This document shows, one piece after another, positions 29,779 through 37,258 of a stretch of 37,499 nucleotides of DNA. A model generated the notes under the pieces. It did not search any database. It was given only the letters and a program-made list of their open reading frames with translations, and was not told the origin of the DNA. Positions within the stretch are counted from its first letter, which is position 1. Every line of letters begins with the position of its first letter. The translations under genes were made by a program, and so were the position numbers. Origin of the DNA: Ruminococcus sp. (lineage in GTDB: Bacteria; Bacillota; Clostridia; Oscillospirales; Ruminococcaceae); contig JAAVHL010000010.1 in assembly GCA_014799735.1 (NCBI GenBank), positions 1 to 37,499 on the forward strand. Reading direction: 5' to 3'.

Positions 29779-29913
29779 ATGTTAGTTAAAGTATCGCCAT
29801 TGTCAGACGAAAGCGTTCATTTTTGGAACTATGAAAGATTTAAAGAGCATCACAAGGCAAAAGTAAAGTCATGGGACACTATGATATTGACGTTGAAATT
29901 GATCAAGCTTTGA
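29779..29913 (+). CDS. Small 44-aa ORF, in frame with ORF 29587..29775 across a single TAG (possible gene remnant)
   Basis: AAGGAGGAG lies 6 nt before the ATG. The translation is MLVKVSPLSDESVHFWNYERFKEHHKAKVKSWDTMILTLKLIKL. It is in the same frame as the upstream 62-aa ORF, separated by TAG-TGT. Confidence 0.3.
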   Translation: MLVKVSPLSDESVHFWNYERFKEHHKAKVKSWDTMILTLKLIKL

Positions 29914-30020
29914 TAAACTCATTAGGGCTGAAGTGTGAGCATTTACTTTCAAAACAGTAATATATTGCTATATTCTGTTTCCATATGTTATTTAAAAAAA
30001 TCCAAATTTTACTTTTCATC

Positions 30021-30071
30021 TTTACATTTTAATTCCATAGTGATATAATAAATGATAGTATATATCACTAT
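30021..30071 (+). promoter_or_regulatory. Sigma-A-type extended -10 promoter of the recombinase gene, embedded in an 11-bp perfect inverted repeat
   Basis: TTTACA (30021..30026), a 17-nt spacer, then TGATATAAT with TATAAT at 30044..30049. The inverted repeat is ATAGTGATATA (30037..30047) and TATATCACTAT (30061..30071). Confidence 0.5.
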
Positions 30072-30088
30072 AGAAGGGGATTTTAAAT

Positions 30089-31789
30089 ATGCCAAAAGAT
30101 GACGTCCGCACAATTGCCATATACTCCCGCAAATCCAAATTCACAGGCAAAGGCGAAAGCATAGAAAACCAAATCGAGCTGTGCAGACAATACATATCCT
30201 CGCACTACAGCCAAGAAGAAGCAACCGCAGCAATCGTCTACGAGGACGAAGGCTTCTCCGGCGGAAACACTGACAGACCGCAGTTCCAGCAGATGATGTC
30301 CGACGCGAGAGCGAAAAAAATTTCTGCGGTGGTATGCTACCGTCTTGACCGTGTGAGCAGAAATATCAGCGACTTTTCGGGACTTATCCAAGAGCTTGAA
30401 CGTCTGGGCATTTCCTTTATCTCTATCCGCGAGGACTTCGACACCTGCTCTCCCATGGGACGGGCAATGATGTACATAGCTTCGGTTTTCTCCCAGCTTG
30501 AACGTGAAACCATTGCCGAGCGCATACGGGACAATATGCACGAGCTTGCCAAAACTGGTCGCTGGCTTGGCGGCACAACTCCCACGGGGTACGCTTCGGA
30601 AAGCGTTTCTCATGTTACCGTGGACGGAAAATCAAAAAAAGCCTGCAAGCTTTCGCTTATCGAAAAGGAAGCGGATATTGTCAGGCTTATCTTTTCAAAA
30701 TTCCTTGAAACCAATTCCCTCACACAGACAGATACTTTTTTACTGCAAAATCATATCACGACCAAAAACGGACGGAATTTTACACGGTTTGCAATAAAAA
30801 ATATTCTTACAAATCCTGTGTATATGATTGCCGACGAAGCCGCCTACAGATATCTTTCCGAAAGCGGTGCTGAACTTTTTTCTGAAAGATCGGACTTTGA
30901 CGGCATATGCGGAATAATGGCGTACAACCGCACCGAGCAGAAGCACGGCGAAGCCCACAAGATACGTCCCGAAGACGAATGGATAGTCGCCGTGGGAAAG
31001 CACCCCGGAATAATCAGCGGTTCTGACTGGATAAAGGCGCAGACCTATCTTGAACAAAACCGCTCAAAAAGCTTCCGTAAAACCCGCAGCAACACCGCTT
31101 TGCTGTCGGGGATACTTCTCTGCGGTAACTGCGGTGACTATATGCGTCCCAAGCTTACCAAGCGCACAAACAAGGACGGTGAGCTTGTCTACACATACCT
31201 CTGCAGCACAAAGGAAAGAAGCCATTCCGAACGCTGCGCTATTCCCAACATCAGCGGAAATCTTCTTGACCGTATCGTCTGTACCGAAATCAAAAAGCTT
31301 TCCGAGGACAGTTCCGCTTTTGTAAAGTCTGTTGAAAAGGCAAAGAAAGATATTTTATCGGACAAAGGCGACTTTTCGGAGAACATTGAAGAGTTGAAAA
31401 AAAGCTTTTCCGAAAACGAAAAAGCAATTGAAAATCTTACAAAAAGCTTGTCGGAGAATTCGGAAAGCTCTGCGGCGGGATACATTATAAAAGAAATGGA
31501 ACGTCTGCACAAGAAAAACGACGGACTGAAATCCCAGATCGACGAGCTTGAAAATATCAGAAAGCGGCAGATCATAAACGGCAGAGAGTTCGACATACTC
31601 AGAGATATGCTTTCAAGCTTTGCGGGCACGGTGGACATTATGTCCGCGGAGCAGAAAAGAGCAGCGATACGCGCCTGTGTAAGGAAGATAGTCTGGGACG
31701 GCGAAAACGTTCATATATATCTTTACGGCTCGGACGATGACGATACAAAGAATACTCTTGAAATTCCGCTGAGTGAGTATAGCAAATGA
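30089..31789 (+). CDS. spoIVCA: Large serine recombinase (SpoIVCA-like site-specific recombinase)
   Basis: The N-terminal resolvase domain is IAIYSRKSKFTGKGESIENQ...VVCYRLDRVSRN, with the catalytic Ser in YSRKS. It also has a recombinase domain, a zinc-ribbon-like LCGNCGDYM...YLCSTK, and a C-terminal coiled coil. It is 566 aa and abuts the right junction. Confidence 0.9.
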   Translation: MPKDDVRTIAIYSRKSKFTGKGESIENQIELCRQYISSHYSQEEATAAIVYEDEGFSGGNTDRPQFQQMMSDARAKKISAVVCYRLDRVSRNISDFSGLIQELERLGISFISIREDFDTCSPMGRAMMYIASVFSQLERETIAERIRDNMHELAKTGRWLGGTTPTGYASESVSHVTVDGKSKKACKLSLIEKEADIVRLIFSKFLETNSLTQTDTFLLQNHITTKNGRNFTRFAIKNILTNPVYMIADEAAYRYLSESGAELFSERSDFDGICGIMAYNRTEQKHGEAHKIRPEDEWIVAVGKHPGIISGSDWIKAQTYLEQNRSKSFRKTRSNTALLSGILLCGNCGDYMRPKLTKRTNKDGELVYTYLCSTKERSHSERCAIPNISGNLLDRIVCTEIKKLSEDSSAFVKSVEKAKKDILSDKGDFSENIEELKKSFSENEKAIENLTKSLSENSESSAAGYIIKEMERLHKKNDGLKSQIDELENIRKRQIINGREFDILRDMLSSFAGTVDIMSAEQKRAAIRACVRKIVWDGENVHIYLYGSDDDDTKNTLEIPLSEYSK

Positions 31790-32216
31790 AATCCTAATGC
31801 ACTTCCGTTCACTGAAAAAGTCCGCGGGAGACATATACTTCGACGAGCCCATCGACACCGACAAGGAGGGCAACCAGCTTACCCTGATAGACATTATTGC
31901 CGAGGACGACGGCATACTGGACAAAATTGACCTGAGCATAAAATCGGAGCAGCTTTACCGCTTTATAGGAGAATGTCTTGACGAGCGGGAGATCACCGTA
32001 ATAAAACGCCGCTACGGACTTTACGGCTGTATGCCTCAGACCCAGCGGGAGGTTGCTGATTCGCTGGGGATATCCCGTTCTTATGTTTCGAGAATAGAGA
32101 AAAAAGCTTTGCAGACGCTTAAAAAGAAATACGACCGTACTTCGATCTTCGGGTCTTCGGGTTCGGCGGGTCAGACAGGTCAGGCAAAGGAGGGAGGAAA
32201 GAGTTCCGAAAAATAA
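31784..32216 (+). CDS. sigK: Sporulation sigma factor SigK, 3' segment (spoIIIC-like: regions 3 to 4.2)
   Basis: From the core onward it reads (N)EILMHFRSLKKSAGDIYFDEPIDTDKEGNQLTLIDII...REVADSLGISRSYVSRIEKKALQTLKK. The four codons upstream of the core (VSIA) belong to the element and the recombinase 3' end. Confidence 0.9.
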
Positions 32217-32273
32217 TTTTCGGGCATACCGTTGCATATGGTTGTCCCATGGGGGTGAAAAAAATGAAGCCTG

Positions 32274-32310
32274 CCGTCCCGCCGTACAAGGTACGCCGGG
32301 ACGGTTTTTT
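32274..32310 (+). terminator. Intrinsic terminator of sigK
   Basis: CCGTCCCGCCGTAC-AAG-GTACGCCGGGACGG followed by T6. Confidence 0.7.
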
Positions 32311-32389
32311 GGCTTCTAATCCTAATCGCCAATTAAAAGTGCAGATTTTTTTATACACTTTTTAATCGGTGATTAGTATAAACGGAATT

Positions 32390-32422
32390 AAGCCGGTTTC
32401 CGAAGAACCGGCTTTTCCTTTT
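32390..32422 (+). terminator. Second hairpin with a T-rich tail downstream of sigK
   Basis: AAGCCGGTT-TCCGAAG-AACCGGCTT followed by TTCCTTTT. Confidence 0.4.
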
Positions 32423-32509
32423 CAGTCCGTAAGATAAATCTTATTCGGACTTGTGTTTTCCGCACTCTGCATATTATGCAGGATATGCGGAGTATTTGGC
32501 GGAGGTCAA

Positions 32510-32641
32510 TCAGCAGTTGCTGCAGCCGCATCCGCAGTCGTTGTCGCTGCTGTTGTTATTGCCGCAGCAGAACCAGAGAACGAGAAGGATAATGATGATC
32601 CAGCAGCAGTTATTGCCATTGCCAAAAATTCCACAGTTCAT
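32510..32641 (-). CDS. 43-aa cysteine-rich small hydrophobic protein
   Basis: My own translation from the internal ATG at 32641 is MNCGIFGNGNNCCWIIIILLVLWFCCGNNNSSDNDCGCGCSNC (9 Cys). An AAGGAG RBS lies 9 nt upstream. The 91-aa track ORF from 32785 runs through a GC-rich hairpin and is unlikely. Confidence 0.55.
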   Translation of the reverse strand: MNCGIFGNGNNCCWIIIILLVLWFCCGNNNSSDNDCGCGCSNC

Positions 32642-33043
32642 AAAGATACGCTCCTTAAAATAATGTATTCTGAAAGCCGCGCCGCAGCCTGTTGCCGCGG
32701 GCTTCGGCTTTTCATAGTTCATTCTATGCCGCGGCATAATTTTGGTTACAGAAATTGAAGCGGAATTTTTTCCAGTTTGCGACAAATAATTTTAAAGTAT
32801 CGTGCAATAATATAGGACAGAACCCCCATTGCGGAGCAGATACGGGATATCGGAGCAATTATTTTTGCAGCAGATCTATAAAAATATAAGCATTTTTGCA
32901 GGGACGGAGTTTTTCCCGCCGTTAGGACGGGTGACACGTCCCACGAAAAATTTGTGCAAATATTTCGGGAGCAGCTGCAATTTCCGGCTTCCGATACCCG
33001 ATCTCCGATTTCTAATTTCTAAAAGGGAAGGCAGATAAAGCTT

Positions 33044-35419
33044 ATGTATAATCTGGAAAGCTTTACGAAAAAAGCGAACATCGTCATCAACAAGGCGTAT
33101 ATTCAGGCGGGACGGCTGGGACACATCTATATGGGCAGCGAGCATCTTCTTCTGGCGCTTGTAAGCGAGCCAAACTGCACGGCTTCGGGTATTTTCAGAA
33201 TGTGCGGCATAAGAGAGGAGACCGTCCTCGGCAGGATAACCGCTCTTGTGGGCAGGGGAGAGCCCTGCGCCGTAGACAGGGACGCGGCTACGCCCTCGGT
33301 AAAAAGGATAATCGAAAGAGCCTTTATCCTTGCTTCGGAAAGCGGCGCGCGTCTGACGGGTACGGAGCATCTTCTGCTTGCCCTGCTTCGTGAGGAGCAG
33401 TGTACCGCTGTAAGCATTATAGAGGAGATCGGCGGAAATCTTTCGGGACTTTCCAGAGCCTGCTCCGCGACAACCGCAAACGATATTCCGGGAGGAATGA
33501 CCAAAACGCCAACCCTTTTGAAGTACGGCAAAGACCTTACCAAAGCCGCCCGCGAGAAAAAATTCGACCCCGTTTTCTGCCGCGAAAAGGAGATAGAGCG
33601 GGTCATACAGGTGCTTTCCCGCAGGACGAAAAACAATCCCTGCCTTGTGGGAGAAGCGGGCGTGGGCAAGACCGCAATTGCCGAGGGTATTGCGGTAATG
33701 CTTGCTGAGGGACGAGTTCCCGAGGCGATACGGGGAAAACAGCTTTTTTCACTGAGCCTTACCTCAATGCTTGCGGGAGCGAAGTACCGCGGAGATTTTG
33801 AGGAGCGCATAAAGCAGTGTCTTGACGAGGTCGCCGCAAACGGCAGGATAATCCTGTTTATAGACGAGCTTCACACCGTTGTGGGAGCGGGCGCGGCCGA
33901 GGGAGCTATCGACGCGGCAAATATCCTCAAGCCACAGCTTGCCCGCGGGGAATTGCAGATAATCGGCGCGACCACACTTGAAGAGTACAGACGGTTTATC
34001 GAAAAGGACAGCGCACTCGAACGCCGCTTTCAGCAGGTGCTTATAAAAGAGCCCACCGAGGAGGAGGCGTTAAGCATTATCGGCGGACTGAAACGCTGCT
34101 ACGAGGATTTTCACGGTGTGACTATTACGGACGGCGCGGTCAGGGCTGCGGTGTCAATGTCGGTGAGATATCTTCCCGACAGGTTTCTGCCCGACAAGGC
34201 TATTGACCTTATAGACGAGGCCTCCTCGCGGGCGAGAATGAAGTACGCAGAATCTCCGAGAACTCTCAGCGAGCTTGCGGAAAGCCTGAAAAGAATGCTT
34301 GAAAAGCAGACGGAAAGCTGTGCGGGACTAAGCGGTCAAGGAAACAATTGCAGCAGCAAGCGCGGGGATACAAGCTGGTACAGCGACAGCGAAGCCCCTG
34401 CCGTGGAAGTGACGGAGGAAAGCATTGCGGAGGTTGTCTCTCTCGCCACGGGAATACCTGTCACAAGACTTACCGCCGACGAAAGCAAGCGTTTGCTGGA
34501 GCTGGAGGGCGAGCTGAAAAAGCGTGTTATCGGTCAGGACGAAGCTGTGGAAGCGGTTGCGGACGCTGTGCGCCGAAGCCGCGCGGGACTGAAAGACCCC
34601 TCACGTCCCATGGGGTGCTTTTTGTTCACGGGGCCGTCGGGGGCGGGCAAGACCGAGCTTTCAAAGGCGCTGGCGGAATGTCTTTTCGGCACGGAAAACG
34701 CCATGATACGGTTCGATATGTCCGAGTATATGGAGAAGCACAGCGTAAGCAAGCTTATAGGCGCGCCTCCGGGCTACATGGGCTGCGAGGACGGCGGGCA
34801 GCTTACCGAAAAGGTTCGGAAAAAGCCTTACAGCGTCATACTTTTCGACGAGATAGAAAAGGCTCACGGAGACGTAAGCAATATCCTGCTCCAGATAATG
34901 GAGGACGGCATTCTCACCGACAGCAAGGGCAGGCGGGTAAGCTTCCGCAGCACTGTGGTAATTCTTACGTCCAACGTGGGCGCGGAGCTGCTGGGGGACA
35001 AAAAGTCCGTGGGCTTCCTGCCTGTCGGAGCGGGGGACGAGGCTGTACGTTCGGACGTGCTGAAAGCCCTGCGGGAAAGATTTCGTCCCGAGCTTATCGG
35101 CAGACTGGACGAGATTATCGTGTTCAAAAAGCTTGAAAAAGCCGAGCTGGGACAGATAGCAAGAAAGATGCTGACAGGCCTTTGCAGGCGTGCGGAGGCT
35201 ATGGAGATAGCCGTGGAGTTCAGCGACGGAGCGATAGACGCGCTGGTCTCGGACGGTCTTGACAGGACAGGCGCGCGAAAGCTGCGGAGAAAGATAACCT
35301 CCGAGGTGGAAAGTATGCTGTCGAAAAATATTCTGGACGGCACGGTCAAAAAGGGCGACAAGGCTGTGGTAATGGCGGAGGACGGCAGGATTTACCTGAA
35401 AGTCTCCCAAATGCAGTAG
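33044..35419 (+). CDS. ClpC/ClpA-family AAA+ ATPase (Clp protease ATP-binding subunit)
   Basis: It has two Clp_N repeats ([12 protein letters not shown] and [13 protein letters not shown]), Walker A motifs [13 protein letters not shown] and [14 protein letters not shown], and the sensor/arginine-finger regions. I could not see an obvious UVR-type middle motif. It is 791 aa. Confidence 0.88.
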   Translation: MYNLESFTKKANIVINKAYIQAGRLGHIYMGSEHLLLALVSEPNCTASGIFRMCGIREETVLGRITALVGRGEPCAVDRDAATPSVKRIIERAFILASESGARLTGTEHLLLALLREEQCTAVSIIEEIGGNLSGLSRACSATTANDIPGGMTKTPTLLKYGKDLTKAAREKKFDPVFCREKEIERVIQVLSRRTKNNPCLVGEAGVGKTAIAEGIAVMLAEGRVPEAIRGKQLFSLSLTSMLAGAKYRGDFEERIKQCLDEVAANGRIILFIDELHTVVGAGAAEGAIDAANILKPQLARGELQIIGATTLEEYRRFIEKDSALERRFQQVLIKEPTEEEALSIIGGLKRCYEDFHGVTITDGAVRAAVSMSVRYLPDRFLPDKAIDLIDEASSRARMKYAESPRTLSELAESLKRMLEKQTESCAGLSGQGNNCSSKRGDTSWYSDSEAPAVEVTEESIAEVVSLATGIPVTRLTADESKRLLELEGELKKRVIGQDEAVEAVADAVRRSRAGLKDPSRPMGCFLFTGPSGAGKTELSKALAECLFGTENAMIRFDMSEYMEKHSVSKLIGAPPGYMGCEDGGQLTEKVRKKPYSVILFDEIEKAHGDVSNILLQIMEDGILTDSKGRRVSFRSTVVILTSNVGAELLGDKKSVGFLPVGAGDEAVRSDVLKALRERFRPELIGRLDEIIVFKKLEKAELGQIARKMLTGLCRRAEAMEIAVEFSDGAIDALVSDGLDRTGARKLRRKITSEVESMLSKNILDGTVKKGDKAVVMAEDGRIYLKVSQMQ

Positions 35420-35445
35420 AATTTGCCGAAATCTGAAAAATACTA

Positions 35446-35521
35446 TTGACAAAAGTATACTAATGTGGTATACTTTGACTGTACAGAAAATACTTGACAA
35501 AATCCCGGCAAATGCTATAAT
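35446..35521 (+). promoter_or_regulatory. Tandem sigma-A-type promoters upstream of the rubrerythrin gene, with a 9-bp inverted repeat over P1
   Basis: P1 is TTGACA (35446..35451), a 17-nt spacer, then TGGTATACT with the -10 at 35469..35474. P2 is TTGACA (35494..35499), a 16-nt spacer, then TGCTATAAT with the -10 at 35516..35521. The inverted repeat AAAGTATAC-N7-GTATACTTT lies at 35452..35476. Confidence 0.55.
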
Positions 35522-35555
35522 TAAAGTATCAGAATTTTTAAGGAGGACGATTATC

Positions 35556-36110
35556 ATGAAGAAGTTTGTTTGCTCGGTTTGCGGCTATGTTTACGAGGCA
35601 GAAAGCCTCCCCGCGGATTTCAAATGTCCCCAGTGTAAGGCTCCCGCTTCCAAGTTCAACGAAGCAGGCGCGGACAAGCTGAACTGGGCTTGCCAGCACG
35701 TTATCGGCATCGGCAAGGAGGGCGCTGACGACGAGATCATCGAGGGTCTCAATCAGAACTTTACCGGCGAATGTACCGAGGTCGGAATGTACCTTGCAAT
35801 GGCAAGAGTTGCTTACAGAGAGGGCTATCCCGAGATCGGTCAGTACTATGAGAAAGCCGCTTACGAGGAGGCTGAGCACGCTGCCAAGTTTGCAGAGCTT
35901 CTGGGCGACGTTGTTACAGCGTCCACGAAGAAGAATCTTGAAATGCGCGTTATGGCTGAGAACGGCGCCTGCGAGGGCAAGCTGAAGCTGGCTGCAAAGG
36001 CTAAGCAGATGAACCTTGACGCTGTTCACGACACAGTTCACGAAATGGCTAAGGACGAGGCTCGTCACGGCTGTGCATTCGAGGGTCTGCTCAAGAGATA
36101 CTTCGGTTAA
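35556..36110 (+). CDS. Reverse rubrerythrin (N-terminal rubredoxin-like domain plus C-terminal ferritin-like diiron domain)
   Basis: [14 protein letters not shown]...FKCPQCKAP supplies two CxxC pairs at the N-terminus. The diiron ligand motifs are [18 protein letters not shown] and KDEARH. The ATG at 35556 follows AAGGAGGA. Confidence 0.85.
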   Translation: MKKFVCSVCGYVYEAESLPADFKCPQCKAPASKFNEAGADKLNWACQHVIGIGKEGADDEIIEGLNQNFTGECTEVGMYLAMARVAYREGYPEIGQYYEKAAYEEAEHAAKFAELLGDVVTASTKKNLEMRVMAENGACEGKLKLAAKAKQMNLDAVHDTVHEMAKDEARHGCAFEGLLKRYFG

Positions 36111-36134
36111 TTTTACGCAGAGTATATTTATTAG

Positions 36135-36172
36135 AAAACGGTACGCAAAGTAATTCTTGCGTACCGTTTTTT
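36135..36172. terminator. Bidirectional terminator between the rubrerythrin gene and the DUF1284 gene
   Basis: AAAACGGTACGCAA-N8-TTGCGTACCGTTTT, with T-runs following the stem on both strands. Confidence 0.7.
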
Positions 36173-36175
36173 AGT

Positions 36176-36559
36176 TTATTTCCCGCAGATATAGAACCAA
36201 GCGCAGTCCCCGCAGACCTTGCCAAGCTTTCCCGCTGAAATAATCTTCTCCCGCGCCGCTTTTTTCAGCTCCGACCAAGGGGCGGTGTCATTCTCGTGAA
36301 GTCCCAGAAGATCAAGCACCGCCATATCGTACCGAAGTACCTTTTCATATGTATCGCATCTGCCGCCGAGGTTGTGGGGACATTTTCTGCACACTATGTC
36401 CGTGTCGGCGGTAAGCCGTACCGTTGGGTCATCAGCATTAAGTTCGGCTATCACCGCGGACATATTCGCCGTGAAATCGTCGCTGTAGCCGTACCCGCGG
36501 AAAAATTCCGTGCAGAGCAGGTGATGAGGTCTAAGCGGGCTGTCTTTCAGTTCGGACAT
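36176..36559 (-). CDS. DUF1284-family Cys-rich protein
   Basis: It contains LRPHHLLCTEFFRGYGYS and the Cys motifs CRKCPHNLGGRC and CGDCAWFYICG. It is 127 aa and overlaps the bioY 3' end by 29 nt. Confidence 0.7.
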   Translation of the reverse strand: MSELKDSPLRPHHLLCTEFFRGYGYSDDFTANMSAVIAELNADDPTVRLTADTDIVCRKCPHNLGGRCDTYEKVLRYDMAVLDLLGLHENDTAPWSELKKAAREKIISAGKLGKVCGDCAWFYICGK

Positions 36560-37085
36560 ATTTGGACACCCTCCCCGCCACGAAAATTGCCAGCGCGGCT
36601 TTCACAGCGTCTGGAATAATAAACGGCAGCACGCACCACTTTAACGCCGTGAGAAAATCCACCGCCTCGGTGGTTTTGGTGTAGACCCACATGAACCAGA
36701 ACGTCCCGAAAGCGTACAGCACGAGAAGTCCCACAGCCATTGAAGCGATAACAACTGGCAGACTTTTCCCGAAGATTTTTTCGGCTGCCCAGTAGACCAG
36801 AGCCATTGGGATAAAGCCGATTATGTACCCTCCCGTTGTGCCGAGAACTATTCCGAAACCGCCGGTAAATTCAGCAAAAACTGGTATTCCCACCGTTCCG
36901 AGGATAACGTACAGCGTAATGGAGATCGTTCCCATTTTTCCGCCGAGTATGGCAAGGGAACAGAAAATCGCAAAGGTCTGCATTGTAAAAGGCACTGCCA
37001 GCGGAATGTAAATTTGTGAGCATACGGCGATTATTGCCGTAAAGATCGCGCATAAGGTCATGTGACGCACGGTAAAATTTTTCAT
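36531..37085 (-). CDS. bioY: BioY-family biotin transporter S-component
   Basis: It contains IPLAVPFTMQTFAIFCSLAILGGKMG and GTTGGYIIGFIPMALV. It is 184 aa with about six TM segments, and a BirA-type operator lies upstream. Confidence 0.85.
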   Translation of the reverse strand: MKNFTVRHMTLCAIFTAIIAVCSQIYIPLAVPFTMQTFAIFCSLAILGGKMGTISITLYVILGTVGIPVFAEFTGGFGIVLGTTGGYIIGFIPMALVYWAAEKIFGKSLPVVIASMAVGLLVLYAFGTFWFMWVYTKTTEAVDFLTALKWCVLPFIIPDAVKAALAIFVAGRVSKYVRTERQPA

Positions 37086-37149
37086 GGTATCCTCCTGTAA
37101 AAAGCAAGAATTTTTGAAGCAAAAGGCAGAGTCTCCTGCTTTAAGGAAC

Positions 37150-37204
37150 AGTATACCACATATTCACAAGATTGTCAACATAAATTTTGATATTGGTTGA
37201 CAAT
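37150..37204 (-). promoter_or_regulatory. bioY promoter with an overlapping BirA-type operator
   Basis: On the minus strand, TTGACA (37173..37178), a 17-nt spacer, then TGGTATACT with the -10 at 37150..37155. The perfect inverted repeat ATTGTCAAC-N16-GTTGACAAT (37171..37204) fits the TGTnAAC-N-GTTnACA BirA site pattern. Confidence 0.6.
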
Positions 37205-37214
37205 TACTTTCCGC

Positions 37215-37258
37215 AAAAATAACGGATACCGCACTGAAACGGTATCCGTTTTGTTTTT
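37215..37258. terminator. Terminator downstream of the partial HD-domain gene
   Basis: AACGGATACCG-CACTGAA-CGGTATCCGTT, with T-rich tracts after the stem on both strands. Confidence 0.6.

Larger units (their letters stand above)
17851..31788. mobile_element. Skin-like sigK intervening element (13,938 bp) with a large serine recombinase and a surface-glycan cargo operon
   Basis: It is bounded by the shared core AAATG (17846..17850 and 31784..31788). Removing it restores an in-frame sigK. The recombinase gene sits at the right edge, both ends are AT-rich and non-coding, and no phage structural or conjugation genes are present. Confidence 0.85.

Noticed and set aside
17851-31788. Possibility that the sigK insert is an intact prophage or an ICE
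   Set aside because: It has no capsid, tail, terminase, lysis, replication, relaxase or type IV secretion genes. Apart from the recombinase and tiny ORFs, every large ORF belongs to one glycan operon.
32674-32713. GC-rich imperfect hairpin followed by TTTT, read as a possible extra terminator or riboswitch upstream of the Cys-rich ORF
   Set aside because: The stem is imperfect and its role is ambiguous: plus-strand terminator or minus-strand 5' UTR structure. The evidence is too weak to call a feature.
32451-32758. Two plus-strand ORFs (70 and 101 aa) with Ala/Val/Leu/Gln low-complexity stretches
   Set aside because: They are antisense to the Cys-rich micro-ORF and to a GC-rich hairpin. They have no RBS, and the composition is a mirror effect of the TGC/GGC-rich opposite strand.
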